Assembly: GCA_030704615.1 (NCBI GenBank)
Contig: CM060731.1
Location: 68,820,001 to 68,884,000 of the forward strand
DNA: 64,000 nucleotides
Source: Takakia lepidozioides
Lineage: Eukaryota; Plantae; Bryophyta
Direction: 5' to 3'
Made by a program: the position numbers and the translations under genes. The notes below the pieces were generated by a model that was not told where the DNA came from, made no database searches, and was given only the letters and a program-made list of their open reading frames with translations. Positions 50,885 through 63,885 of the stretch are shown one piece after another; the stretch's first letter is position 1, and every line of letters starts with the position of its first letter.

Positions 50885-51385
50885 TTAATTTCCGGGCACA
50901 CGAACACCTGCAGGCAACATGTGACGCAAATGTCAATTGAATGCAGTTAGATCGTGAATTCACAGTCTTCATTTGAACACATTCACTGCCAAATATTTCG
51001 ATATGTTTCAAACATGATCAACCCTTAGAAAAGTGGACGAACGAGGTCAAGGAATTCAGAGTGCACCGTCGCAAACGAAGCCGCGAGGAACTGGAATGCG
51101 GCACATGTGAGGGATACCAAGTGCTATGCGAGGAACCACGCCCTGTGACCTCGCCATTGGGTTCGATAGAAGGGAGCACAGGCACCTTGCCGCCGGAAGT
51201 CCTTTCCCCATCGCTCGCAGATTGTTGCAACATGATCTCGAGGGGGTCACTCTGGCGTTCCTGGAGGCAGACAGGCATGGAATGAGCTGATATATGTTGC
51301 AACCAGCTGCTTCCGAGCTGGAGATCATAGCCACAGTGAGGAGAAGGACGAGACACACCGGGGCACCCACGTGGTTGGCCTTCAT
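50885..51385 (-). CDS. Non-specific lipid transfer protein, type D (exons 51385-51067, 50907-50885)
   Basis: Signal peptide, eight-Cys motif, intron 4 nt after the last Cys codon, exon 2 GVRVPGN*; TATA at ~51511-51520. Confidence 0.92.
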
Positions 51386-53683
51386 CTTCGTGAGGAGAGG
51401 GATGCAATGGAGACCAAGAGAGAATTTATATGAGATATTGGACTTGCGAAGGGTGAGAGCCAGACGGATTTGGTAGTTGACCGCAGCTGGAGAAGGAAAG
51501 GCTGCAAGAAATATATATAGAGGAGGTGGATGACAGATCTCGAGATTGGAATAAATGCAAACATGAATGTCAACTTGTGGTTAAATGAACTCAGCCCTTT
51601 CCCCACCCACCCCAAATCTATGGCATGAACATATGCAGCCGATTCTCACGATCGATAATTGACTGTACATAACGTGATCATTCATGTCCGTGAGAGAACA
51701 ATTGTGGGCTGACCCAGAGGCCAGTTTATCGATCGATCGTACTGCAATTGAAAAATTTGCAAGAGGGGCACTGACCTCAACAGCTTCGTAGCTTTGCAAC
51801 AAGTTTTCCGAGAGAAAAGCGGCGGAGAGGCCACAACAGAGTGCGGTGCTCACCAACTTCATTATGCAGTCAACGCCATTTAATAGTTCATTATGTAAGG
51901 ACTCCCAAGCTCTTTAAGTTGGCCTCATATTAGAATTCAACTACAACGCATGTGTGCGGTCATCACTCTTGAGCGTCCGATTTGTTGAAGAAGAAGCGAG
52001 AGTCCTGACCAGTCTAAATCATTCTTGCCTCTGGTCTTGGATCCAAAACAGAATTTCATCTTTGGTCTTGGAATCAATAATCCCGCATCCCATCTCGCAC
52101 ACTCAACCTGTGAGACGACAAGAAAGCATATGGGTGTTCAAAACGAGACCATATATATGTACAGCCCCGGGCTGTTGGTTATCAATTGGCGAATTCATGC
52201 TGCGTTAACCAAAGAAGTTTTTAGACTGTAGGTTTTTCGTCTTTCATTTGGGGACCGTGAAAGAAGGACAGCCCGGCTGCTGGCTTATAACTGGCAATGA
52301 TCTCATAGCTCCTTGTTTTAAACTTTTTTTAGTCCTTAGTCCTTCCGAGATGGATCTAGCAATCCAGCATCAACTCATCAATGGCCTGGGGGTTAAGTTT
52401 TCTCTTCATGAAGACGAAAAGCTGTTGATTGTCATTAACTTGTTCTGGAAATGCCACAAACTTCCCTTGCCAGTACTTAGTTCTGGGCAATATTATCAAT
52501 GGCTCTGGATACTTATATGGGCAATAAATTTTCTATTCTTCCCAGTTGAGTGTACCCACACATTTTGGTTCGTTCAAATTTGATACTGGTCAGTCTGGGC
52601 CTGTGCTGTGGAAGCAAAGTGTAATCCTTGGCTGATGGCGCTGGGTGAGCCTGGCAAGTCGGACTTAGTGATGTCCAATTTTGATAAATTGATCTTATTT
52701 CTACGTCTCCAAAGCGGTTCATACCGTTTGTAGGAGCTCATGAGATGTTTAAAGAATTTTTGTTTTCGTCGAGTTAGTGCCTCTCTTAGCTGTCAAAGTA
52801 AGTTTGTCAATGACGAATTTATCATATGCATCTAGATACAGAGAGTCTCACCAAGAATCGTGCATGCCCTTGATGCATTGATCACATCTTCATAGATTTC
52901 AAGAACATAGCTTGGCAGCATTGGCCAGCAGTATGCATGCTACAATTCTCCGCAGACACAGATTACCCATGATGTGCTGGACAGTATCCATTCAGCACTA
53001 AGATGCAGCGCCGAGTGGGGAGAACTAGGACTCTACTGCTTACATATATATCATGGTTCGTATGCCATCATGCAAGTGTGTGCAGCGGATACATTTCTAA
53101 TACTGGAATCGATTGGTCAAGTAATTGCAGCATGAGTATAAGACGAACAAATCATCTTGCCCAAGAAACAGGCTCGAAATGTTTAGGTCATGACAAGAAC
53201 CACTTAGAAGAATGAGCTGGAAATTGGCTGGAAAGTTACTGATCACGCAAAAAGGGACTCTTCCAGTGAACTCGTACAAATTATGTTCACGAACTCGTGA
53301 AGCATTGGTTATTTATATTCATCATTGGAGTGGACGCCGATTGGACGTCTACTCTGTTGAACACTTTCTCCTCCAATACACCTCAACAAGATACCCGTGG
53401 ACTATCAATCTAATATCTTGAAAAACAGGTGCTCTGGAAATAAAACATATACATGTGCGATCACAGATGAACGCCAATGTTCAGAATTGCTCTAGCTCCT
53501 GCACTGAAATCCAATCTCCAGGGCCCAGCTATTTCAAACAAACGCGTTCCATATTATTGCTGCAATGTGTTCATTCTGCAAGGCTACGTGACATCCGGAA
53601 GCATTAGATCAGCAGCTAGTGATGACCGTATGGATCCAAGTACGCCAGGTGCTTTGATGGCCTGCAGACTTTGAACAAACTTC

Positions 53684-54215
53684 TTAGCCTCCAGGCACCC
53701 GAACACCTGCAGGTCATAACACACGAAATCAATAGCTATCAAAAGGGTTCTTCAACGACGACGTACTGCATCTACAAGTTAACTTGTAAGTTCGTTCAAA
53801 TTCAAGTCTAAAGCTGTCGGCCACGTCCTGCCTTCTGCAACAAGTAATGCACCAAATCAGTACAGCAAGGAATTTGAGGGGAGAAGCTTTCGAGCTCACC
53901 GTTGCACACGAAGCCACGGGGAACTGGAATGCGGCATTTCTGAGGGATGCCAAGTGCTACGCTAGGAACCACGCCCTGTGATCGTGCCAGAGGATTTGAT
54001 AGAAGGGAGCACAAACACCTAGCGCCGGGAAGGCCTTGTCCCATCGCTCGCACGTTGTTGCAGCATGCTGTTGAGGGATACACTCTGGCATTCTTGGAGG
54101 CAGCCAGGCACGGCAGGAGCTGGTATATATTGCAACCAGCTGCGTCCGAGCTGGACACCATAGCCATTGCCAAAAGCAGCAGCAGACAGGTCGCCACACC
54201 CAAGTGGGTCTTCAT
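53684..54215 (-). CDS. Non-specific lipid transfer protein, type D (exons 54215-53900, 53706-53684)
   Basis: Signal peptide, eight-Cys motif, same intron position, exon 2 GVRVPGG*; TATA at ~54331-54338. Confidence 0.93.
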
Positions 54216-55189
54216 CGTCGTTGGTCGCGGATGTAGTAGAGGACTTAAGAGATAAGAGCTCGAGAGAGATGTCCAGGTGTAATGGAGTACAAGCGTAATG
54301 TGGGTGGGAAAGAAGAGGCCTCCGCAGGGAATATATAGCACCTGGGGATGACACCAGATCAAGAGCATATGAATTAGATCGGGCAAACATAACTCTTGGT
54401 TTCAGTTCAATGCAGCCCTGGCATATTCCACCCACCACACCGAGCAATTCGACACATATGCAACTACTGTCGATTCAATTCACGTCTCTTTCAGGCATCA
54501 TCGAATAGGAGGTATCCATCTGGATGGTTTCCAATCGTTTACATTTCAAATTTTAGCTCAGAAACACGAATTCACTGCCCTGCACCTGCCCAGAGAGAGA
54601 AGCGGCGATACTTAGGGGCCCCCAGCCAACAGTGGAGGGCGGTGCTCATCTAAAGTTTCAGTGCCGACTTGCTCAGTCAACGTTTTGATGACGGTTTACT
54701 TAATCCCCGCTCTTTAAATCAGGAATGACAAGTAGAAACTGGTTTGTTCATTGAATCATGGCATACAACACGGAACTACAAATTAAGCAGACGATTGATT
54801 CTGTGCATGGATGGAAATCTCTTTCAGATGGAAGTTCTGGACACATGGAGATTTTGAAGCCAAAAACGAGTTTCTGCTCGCCCAACTTTGTAGAGCAACC
54901 ACATTGCCAGACTACTGATATTCAGTCACTATATATAAACTGTACGCATGCAGTCAAATGTAACCTGTACATGATCCTTCTAGAAACTCATTCTTCTTTA
55001 GTAGTAGAACCTATGATAGATTTGTTGAAAGAAATGAAGTTTCTTCTTGCCTTCTATCGAACACCTGATGCCTAATTTAGAGAAGAGTTCGCGTAATGAG
55101 AAGTTGACTTATCTAGAGTGAGATGGGAGGTGGGTGGGTGGGGTGCATTCAAAACAGTTCGGTCATATTTCATGTTTTTCCGCAAGCTG

Positions 55190-55395
55190 CTATATAATGC
55201 CGGAAGCCTCTCCTCGCTCTACTGCCCTTGCCACTAGACCTGTATCAAGCTCTCTGATCTTAGTGCCAGGTTCCATGGGCACTCCCGCCCTCCCCGAAGG
55301 AACCGCCCCCAGGAAGGAACCTGCATGGAACTTCCATCCGTTGCTCTCTATTGCATCCTCTACTAACGACGATGAAGGCCTACATGCAGGCATCC
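55190..55395 (+). pseudogene. Truncated fourth nsLTP copy (TATA, 5' UTR and first codons only), divergent orientation
   Basis: ctatataa at 55190; ttgcatcctctactaacgacgATGAAGGCC matches the start context of the other copies (gcatcctcgaaacgacgATGAAGGCC). Confidence 0.5.
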
Positions 55396-55468
55396 ATGTT
55401 AATTGTGAAGGATGGTGATGAAGCCACAGTGGATCAGCGAGGTGGAGCTGCAATCACCCCGCGTATGA

Positions 55469-55634
55469 TTCCAAAAGCCCGGGACAAGATTCTCATGCGG
55501 TTTGGTTGAAGAACATGACGAATGTCTAATGTACCCTAAGTAACCCTAGTTGACCAAGGGTCTAGGTATATACCATGTATTTAACCTATATGTCTTTAAA
55601 ATACAAATAACTCGTATGCATTAGTTGTACCTAA
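55469..55634 (-). repeat. Degenerate TE-end sequence, inverted copy of 59383-59577
   Basis: ttccaaaagcccgggac...catga..aatgtc..atgt.ccctaa.taaccctagt.gacc is shared in reverse complement. Confidence 0.8.
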
Positions 55635-56719
55635 CATAGCAGGAGCAGTTTGCGCGATGGCTGGAGCTTGGAGTGCCCGAGCTTTCTCCAAAGAGCTTTC
55701 TCCTACAGAGCTGTAACTCACTAAACTGCCGAATTATGTTACATGTAGTAGCTGATCATCTATCTCGGCTCGATTCAGGTGAAGATTCCAAATTCGGCAA
55801 ACACCACGCACCCCCCAAGACAGAAATACAAGAAAGAACCACAGAAAAAGGTTTGTCCAAGGTTGTAGATTTTTCGAGCTTGAATAATCTCTATTTCAAA
55901 TTGATGACTACAGTACTGAAGAGGTGAACTTGTGATTGTGTGGGGACAGAATGAGCAGTTGCTACAACTGGGCAGGAACAGTCATGGTGATCTCTCTGAA
56001 GTCAAGCAAGTATTTGAAGAGGCCACATAGTTTGAAATTCTGTACCTCATAACTCAAAAATTCCCAGGGAAACCTGAATGGAGTTGCCCAAAAATGGACT
56101 TTTCATGATAACTTTTGGGATCTAGGGTGCTCTCTTCAAGACTATTTTATGGCTTGAAGAGACGCCGTCATGGTTACAGGCTGGTCTGCCATGGGCAAGA
56201 TATGCAGAAGAGTCAGCTTTTGAAGTGGACAGCTGAGGTAATTCGCATGCAATGAGGTCCTACTCAGTTCTAGGCAGTGTAGCTCGATGAAGTACAAGGG
56301 CTAAATGCATAAGTATAAAGTCTACATTGTGGAAAGATGTGACCGCATGCACACCCATATGGAAGGCACCATCTGTGAATGACTGACGGCATCAATCGGC
56401 CAGTCTTATCTTTGTTCCACTATGGTATGCAAAAACACCCCATGAGCTTGGAAAGCTTTAGCTAATACTTCCCTGGTACCCCTCCTTCAAACCAGTACAA
56501 AGCAAGCTAGACCCAAAGTGGCCAATAAATTGCAGTGCTAAATTAGTCCTTGCACTATCTTCATCTGGTATCATAACTGAAAAAAAAAAAAGAAGAAACA
56601 TCATAATGTCCAAAGGGGCCCAAGGGTCTCATGGGACAGTGTAGAACAAAGAAATGACCGTCAGGATACATCTAAGATGATGGGCCTCAGGCAGGTAGGC
56701 CGCAAGGCGCTTTGGATCT

Positions 56720-57285
56720 TCAAAGCGTGTAGGAAGGGAGGACCGGTATCTCTTGGCTACCCCACTGCCACTTAAGATCACTTCCTCCCTCTCCTCTGTT
56801 GTTGAATGCTACCACTGCACATTTGCTGACATTAGCCTCTAGCCCCCAAAGATCAAAGTATCTCTTCGCGCAATCAATCAACTCCTGGAGATTGGTTGGA
56901 GTCTCCCCTATGCCTGCGAAGTCATCCGCAAACATAAGGGCTGGTATGGTGGTATCACCCACCCTTAACCCAAATCCCTCACTTTCCACATCCTCGAGGA
57001 GTTGATTGATGAAAACATTGAAGAGCAGAGGGGAGAGAATACATCCTTGAGCTACACCTTGGTCTATGTCAAAGAAGTTGTACTTCTGTCCGTTAACAGT
57101 GACACAGCTTTTGGTGTGAGCATACAAGTTGTGGACAACTCTCCACATCTTTCCCTTGATCCCACAAGACCAGAGGCGGAACCATAGGCCATCTCTCCAC
57201 ACTGTGTCATAAGCCTTTTTGACATCCAGGAAAAAAACATAAGTGGGTTTCCCTTCTTTTTTCCTTCCCTGGATAATCTGTTCTC
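56720..57285 (-). mobile_element. LINE (RTE/RTEX-like) reverse transcriptase fragment
   Basis: FLDVKKAYDTVWR, GVAQGCILSPLLFNVFI, LMFADD, GLEANVSKC. Confidence 0.92.
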
Positions 57286-58394
57286 TCACAGTAGTATATC
57301 TTGTAATATGCAGGATAGGAGGAGTGGTGATCTTGTTTCCAGTTTCCACCTCCTCCAACATGTTGACTGAGCAAATTGTATTATCTGTAGACCATTTCCC
57401 CCTTTCCATTTGGCATCCTATGAGAGCTAACTCAGAAGCCACCAAGGGCTTTTCTTAAAGGGCTGTAGAAAGTTTCCTAGGAGGGCATGATTATCCAGTT
57501 ATCCCTGGTTTCGAGAAAGTTGTCTTTGTAGAACTTGAGTGTGATGGTGTATTGTCTCTATGTGTGCCCATGTTTTTGCACATGTTCCTTCTGGTCTCTC
57601 CCAAACCTCACTCTATCACTGGAAATCGCTTTGAAGCCGACAGACCATACTGGTATTTTGGTTTCACCAGCTTTATCCTCTTGAAAATTCATGGGTTTTT
57701 GTTAAAAAAGATTAATACCCAGTGTGAGGTTACACACCTTAAAGATCTGGACTTGTCTAGTAGCAATGTTCAGTGGTAGTAGTATCCCAATCTTTTTGGG
57801 CTGTATTTGCGAATTGCTGCTGAAGAGAAGTGATTTGTGTGGTAATATTTTTGTTGTGACAGACCCTAGAGGATGGACAGGCAGCCCGAGCTGAGATGGA
57901 AGCGGCACTGGAATCATTGCAAGAAGCAGTGAAGGAGGCCCCCAACAGCAAGGATCAAGCAATAGCTGACGAGCAACTTCTGGTTACTCGCAAAGTGGAC
58001 TCTTAAGAGAGCATGCCGGCGTGCCTCCTCAACTAGCCAGCACAGAGAGACACAGCTTTGCTGCTTGACAATTGCATGATGTTCAATGCTGCTCTAAAAG
58101 GATCTTCCCTCTCAGCTTTGAAGAGCACGTACTCTTACATTGGATATGATCTGTTTCTTGATCACCATAAAAGTGTTTTGGTCTGCCCTTGCACTGACGG
58201 TAACACCTGTGGAAACAGTAGACTACCATAGACTGCTTGAGCTCCACCAACTTTGGAGTACAGTAAGGCAGTGTATGGTTTTCATATATGACAGTAATGA
58301 GAGGTTGAGAGCACAAAGCACAGCAGCATCCACACATACTAAGCTGAAAAGGTAGTGTACTCTGACAGTTGGGCTTCAATTTTGGCGCCTGAAC

Positions 58395-58565
58395 AACACA
58401 TAAACATTCCTTCAAATGACCTCAATACTGACATACATCTGCCAGTGGCCCAGACTGGTCAGATGAAAAAACTATCTACAAACACAAACATTCCTTCAAG
58501 TGACTCAGTACTGACATACACCTACCAATGGCTCAGAGGTCATGCAAAGAAACTATTTACAAATC
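58395..58565. repeat. Two-copy ~86-bp tandem duplication
   Basis: aaacattccttcaa.tgac.tca.tactgacataca occurs twice. Confidence 0.75.
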
Positions 58566-59155
58566 AAACGTACCAAGATGGATGGAGCACCTTCAACAGT
58601 ATATTAGATATCTACATCTGAAACCACCAAATGAAGTACTGGGATTGATAGTCCAGCAAATAAGAAATTCAGCTACTGCATAGACTTGTGGATGTACTAT
58701 TTGCCTTGGCACATATATGATGATGAGAGGTAGCGCATATCTTCAGGAAAACACAATTTCACGAAATGGAAGGCTACTCGTCTGTTGTCACTTCAGTCCC
58801 TTGCTCGCTGAAGCAGCATTTTGCAAGCAGTTTGGAATTTCCCCACCCCCAAGCAAGAAAAAAACTTTGGACACCCATCTTGATATAATACCATACGGAT
58901 CCGAACACCCTGTCAGGATGTGGGAGGCCTTCCCCATGTTTCTTTTTAAACCTGCATGGAAGCTCTTGCTAAAAATCCGTTTGTGGCTTTACTGTGGATG
59001 TCTGATATGTAGGATTACAAAGGAGACATTTCGGCCACCACATCAACAGTCAGTTAAAACAACATGCTACAGAAATCTTCATGCACACTACCACTGTAGC
59101 ATTTCCAGTTCCTGTAGATTGACAAATCAATCTTATAGAAAGGCTTTGAACCAAC

Positions 59156-59284
59156 CATCATTGCACGAAACTGCTCAGCATCATCAATGTTAACAATGGT
59201 CATACAGCGGATTCTCCTTGCAACCCACCGAAGCGCTTTGATTCAAATAGCGATACTCCTGAGCAGGTCTTAGCTTCGCATGTT
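59156..59284 (-). pseudogene. Isolated myosin (class VIII-like) motor-domain exon with a 25-bp insertion
   Basis: AG|(E)HAKLRPAQEYRYLNQS[25 nt]RCMTIVNIDDAEQFRAMM|GT, followed by a degenerate GRNVSFVI (WLGNVSF-like) at ~59013-59036. Confidence 0.65.
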
Positions 59285-59382
59285 CTGTAGTATTCATAGA
59301 AAAATCCATCAGGAAACTGTCAACAACACCTGGCCCCTTTAGGTCTTTCAACGTAGCGAACTCCAACTCAACATACACGAAC

Positions 59383-59720
59383 TTTAGGTGTACTAGTACA
59401 GGAGAAATATGCATTGTATATGCTTAGATATACACAAAGTATACGCTGACCCAAGGTCGACTAGGGTTAGTTAGGGGACATGAGACATAACTCATGTTTT
59501 TCATCCAAATCCCTAGGATGGGAATCTTATCCAGATCTTAAGCCCGGGCTCTAGAATCGGTCCCGGGCTTTTGGAACATTAAGCCCGGGCTAGAAAACCT
59601 TTACAAGAATATTCTAATGTTTGGGCCTGGGCTGGAGAATATTCTAGAGAATTATGGAATCTTATGCCCGGGCTAGAGAATATTGTCACGGGCTTTTGGA
59701 ATATTTACTTGTATGGCCTT
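59383..59720 (+). repeat. Probable terminal/subterminal region of a DNA transposon with GCCCGGGCT subrepeats
   Basis: About six (c/g)ccgggct-type motifs; homologous to 55469-55634; lies upstream of a transposase relic. Confidence 0.65.
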
Positions 59721-60859
59721 TTTGGGATTCTGTAGGCGGCGGGGCCCACGGTCACCTCAACCTGCGCCTGGGCTCTTGCCAGCCGACGCGCTATCTAACT
59801 TGCCTGCCTCACCAATGCCTCACGAGCATAGTGATAGCGCGGCAGTTTAGTGAGCCTCTGCCGGGCATGCTCTTAGAGCACCTCTGTGTCCCACGTCATT
59901 TCTATATTTCTACTCATGTGTTTCTCCAGCACCTCTTGTTTCTCTCTCCTGCTTAGCCTACCTTAGAGGCCTCATTCTCAACATCTGCGACCCCCAAAAC
60001 TTCTCTTCGTCCCCGTTTTGAATGTTACCTTATTGGTTAAGTTCAGTCAATCTCGTTTTTATCTACGTCCACTGACCATTCGCACTACTATTGTTCATTC
60101 ATCCACAGATTCATTTATTCATCCATTTTCTCATATTCATCCACTCCACAGTCATAGTTATTCGTCCATACACTACTTCATCCATCCCAACCTCACAGTG
60201 ATCGTCCGAGGTTCTAATTAGTGTCATATAGGTCACTCTTACATCTTCTCCGTTTTGTTTGTTTTTTTTGGATGAATTGTGTCTTTCATCTCATTCCCAC
60301 ATTCGGTAGAACAGGAACCTCGCGTAATCAGTCGAGGTTAATAAAAATGTCGGCATTAGAGACCAGTCAAAGAGTTCTCATTTCCACTTCAAAGATCGAA
60401 CATTGTTGTGGGCACTGTAGACTGTCTAGACATTACTGGTCGCGGATCTTGCCATGGATGTCAGTTAAATGAGTGAACAATATCTGCTATCACTATCTTA
60501 TGTGGTGGGGCACATTCATTTGTTTCGTTGCCTTATCCACATATGGATGTGCCGTGCGGATACTTTGGGTGAAGCAATTGGGACACATGTTGTCTGGGAT
60601 GTTGAGCAAATTCAATTTGCAACGCAAAATACACGTGAGCTAAGAGGATGTTATTACCTTCACACCCAAAATGAGCATAAAAGAGAATCATTTGAAGGTA
60701 AATGTAATGGAAACCAGGACTCTGAAAATTCCACTCCCTCTCTGGATATAAGATCCCGATCATAAGATTTTGTCAATAAATGCTTGTCCTAACCAGCCTC
60801 TCAAGGCTGTCCAACTTGGAGAGTTCATTATGCAAAACTTCTTGTTCAAGCAAAACAGC

Positions 60860-61800
60860 CATGGTCGGAAATAAATGTGGGTGGAAGTGTTGTCGGTGAT
60901 GACAGCTGCCTCACTGTAATCGGATAATGTTGCACGATGGTGGACAGCGGAGCCAGTTGGATAGCTCCAAGTTCGAGGATCTTCTTGACGTTGTGGAAGC
61001 ATTTGGTAGCTCCGTCACCAAACAATATGTGCAGAAGATGAAAAATGAAATGGGACGTGGCGATGAGATGACGTCCTTGCTTGAAGATGAAATCGAGTTT
61101 TGGCTATGACTACATACATGGAAGTCGTTTCCCGGGCCAAGGCAGCGACCGCGAGCGGTGTTTTGTGTTTAAGATGTCCACTGCTGGTGTTGCTTCAGGA
61201 GTGGATTTGGTGGAGCGGATGAATACTGGCGGGGACTTGGAGGGAAGTTGGATTATGTTTGACCATGTGAAGCGCATAAATGGATGGAGTACAATGGCGT
61301 GCCATGTGTACGAGCCGAACTACCAGAAGCTCATGACCATTGCAATGCGAGATGAAATCGGAGGACACGGCTTCACTTGTCATAATGTGGGAGAGCATCA
61401 ACCAGCAAATGGTAAGAGTAGGCAAACGATTTCCCAATTTCCGCGGATTCATGGCAGACAATGCCAATGCGAACTGGGCACGGTTCGAGCGGTGTACGGT
61501 GACGGCAGCCCAATGTCCGGGAGGGAGCGGACTTGCGGGTTCCACTAGGCACAGAGCTTGCAGGGGCACACAAGGGACTGCATATGACCTGATCTGCAAG
61601 CAGCTCACATCAAAATATGTGCACAGTGGCGGGCGGCGAAAACAGAGGAAGAGGCGCAGATAGCATTCCTGACAATTCGGGCAGGGTGGATATCATCGGA
61701 GGATGCCTCCGAGAAGGATGTGCCAACGCTCGACAGCTGGCTGTCATGGTGGACTTTTCGCTATGCGCAACTCGGGTCGTATGTCAGGACGGTATGCAAC
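60860..61800 (+). mobile_element. Second Mutator-like transposase pseudogene
   Basis: CFVFKMS, WIMFDHVKR..GWSTMACHVYE...MTIA.CEMKSED, NFRGFMADNANANW, RERTCGFH* (D...D...CxxH pattern), frameshifted. Confidence 0.75.
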
Positions 61801-61994
61801 CGTATGGGCAATACTGCTCACATGAGCATGAGCATCCGCGTATGGTGTGGTATGTGGGATTGAGATAGGGTGCCGAACTGTAAACACCATGGTCGACACC
61901 CTTGAAGGGAGTCTGAATGAGAAAACTGCACATTTCTTTGCAGTTCCGCAAGTCAGTGCGCGGACTTCCGAAACCGTGAACAAGTGGACATGAG

Positions 61995-62282
61995 GGGAAG
62001 TCTGTGCCAACCATCCAATGCCATATTCCCCAAGTCTGTGCAGACCATCCATGTCGGCATGGCTTGTCTGTGCCGACTTCCGAATTCCTGACTGGATGTC
62101 ATGTGCCTTCTGGCTGCTCACATGAGTAGACGCGTGCGGTCATCTCCCTGGAGTCAGAATTGAGCCAAAAGGCCGGGTTCCAGTTTGGGAAGTCGGCACA
62201 GACTTGCAGAAGCGTCCGCATTTACACAGGCATGATGGGAAGTCTGTGCCGACTACCCATGTCGGCATGGGTAGTCTGTGTG
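61995..62282. repeat. Cluster of GGGAAGTCTGTGCCGAC/ATGTCGGCATGG repeats in both orientations
   Basis: Several direct and inverted copies downstream of the transposase relic. Confidence 0.6.
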
Positions 62283-63775
62283 ATCAAATTAATTTTCAGG
62301 GTTTCAAGCCAAAAACCTGTGTGAAAAGGGTTTTTGGGTATCCGGGATAAAGATAGTGGGGATAGTCTATCAGCAGGTGTAGCTTGACCTTTAGTGTTAC
62401 CTCCAGCTTACTTTCTAATCTTCTGATTGGTTATGTTTAGGATGTAATCTTATCATAATCTAATCTAGTTGGAACTTGTAAGTTCTTAATGTTGCAGTTG
62501 CAAGTTAATGCATAATTCATAACAAACATGTACATTATTGAACATAAACATTACTGAACATTCATAACAATGCAGCATAATTATGGAGCATGGAACATTA
62601 TTATGGAGCATACCTCGTGCTAGGTGAAGCCTTTATGGTGCACTTTTAACATTTTTTTAGGGAAAATTAATGAAGAGGGGAGTAAACAATTGTTAACAAA
62701 TAACACTTAACATTTGCTAGTGCAACCGATAGTGTGCACAAGTAGGGGAGTAAAATTTTCTTAACGTTTATGGTACTTTAACGTTTATAGAGGTAACATT
62801 TATCCAGGGTAGACCATTTTGCTCCAACGATTTTTTTTGCCTAAATTCCGACCTCAAAAAAATAAAATAAAATATTTTGTCAAAAATTCCTTGTTTTTCA
62901 TGGATGAAATTGCCAAACTTCTCCAAATAAAAAATAAATTGTGGATGAATTCGCCAAATATGGATGATATAAATGGATTAAAGTACGGAGGTTAATGCTA
63001 CTTTCGTAATGTCAATGGATAAACATAATGTATGGCAATTTTTTCCAAACACTGTAGCCACTCGCGTTTTTTTTCAAATTTCAGAAATAATAAAAAACGT
63101 TGTTTTGATCGCTCCTACAGTCCCGACAATGTCCTCATGCACGCATTGAAGGGCGTCTCATGTCTCATCATCTTCAGCTGAGCTAATTCTGGACCCTTCT
63201 CTCTGACTGTGTGTATCAACTGACATTGCTCCAAAAGCAGACTGCAACTCTGATGCATTATTGCCACATTTGGAATTTTGAAGGGATGGGCACTTCGTGA
63301 ATCTGTCCATAGCGGTCGATGCAAACTGTTGGGAGCTCCTCTTCAACATAACTTAGCATGTTGTCTCCGGGCGTGTTTCAAATTTCAGACTGTGTTGTGA
63401 GGTAGGATTGTTGGACGCAACCTAACAACCTACTCAAAGCGTTCTTGCCTCTCCTCTCTAATCAATCAACGGGGAGAACCGGCAGCCAGTTACATGCTAG
63501 CCGAGTGTCATCCTGGAATTTCCGAGTATGAAATGAAACCTCCGGAAAATGAACCGAGGGAAAAAATGGCCCATCCGAAAATCAACCGGGTGCCTTGCTG
63601 TTAGAAATGATTTTTGCTTTCCGTATCATTAAATGCCGGAAATTTGCCTTAGGGGGCAAGGCCTGGATGGATTCCAGCCGTTCTTATTTTAAGAAGTCAA
63701 GGTCGGCGTGGCCGAATGCATGATGGATAAACATGAATCAAGATGATCTTTATAACAATGGACAAAAGTACAAGA

Positions 63776-63885
63776 TACTGGAACTCGACTTGAATACCGG
63801 AATGCTGGAAACTAAATTGGAGTACCAGATACTGGAAACTGGACTAGAATACTGGAAGCTGGACTGGAGTACTGGGACTGGAAAC
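63776..63885. repeat. Degenerate TACTGGAA(A)CTGGACT minisatellite
   Basis: About five copies of a 21-27-bp unit; a TATA-like CTATATATA follows at ~63939. Confidence 0.65.

Noticed and set aside
58590-58621. SILDIY string resembling the myosin switch-II lead-in
   Set aside because: It is on the opposite strand to the myosin-like exon and lacks GFE; likely chance.
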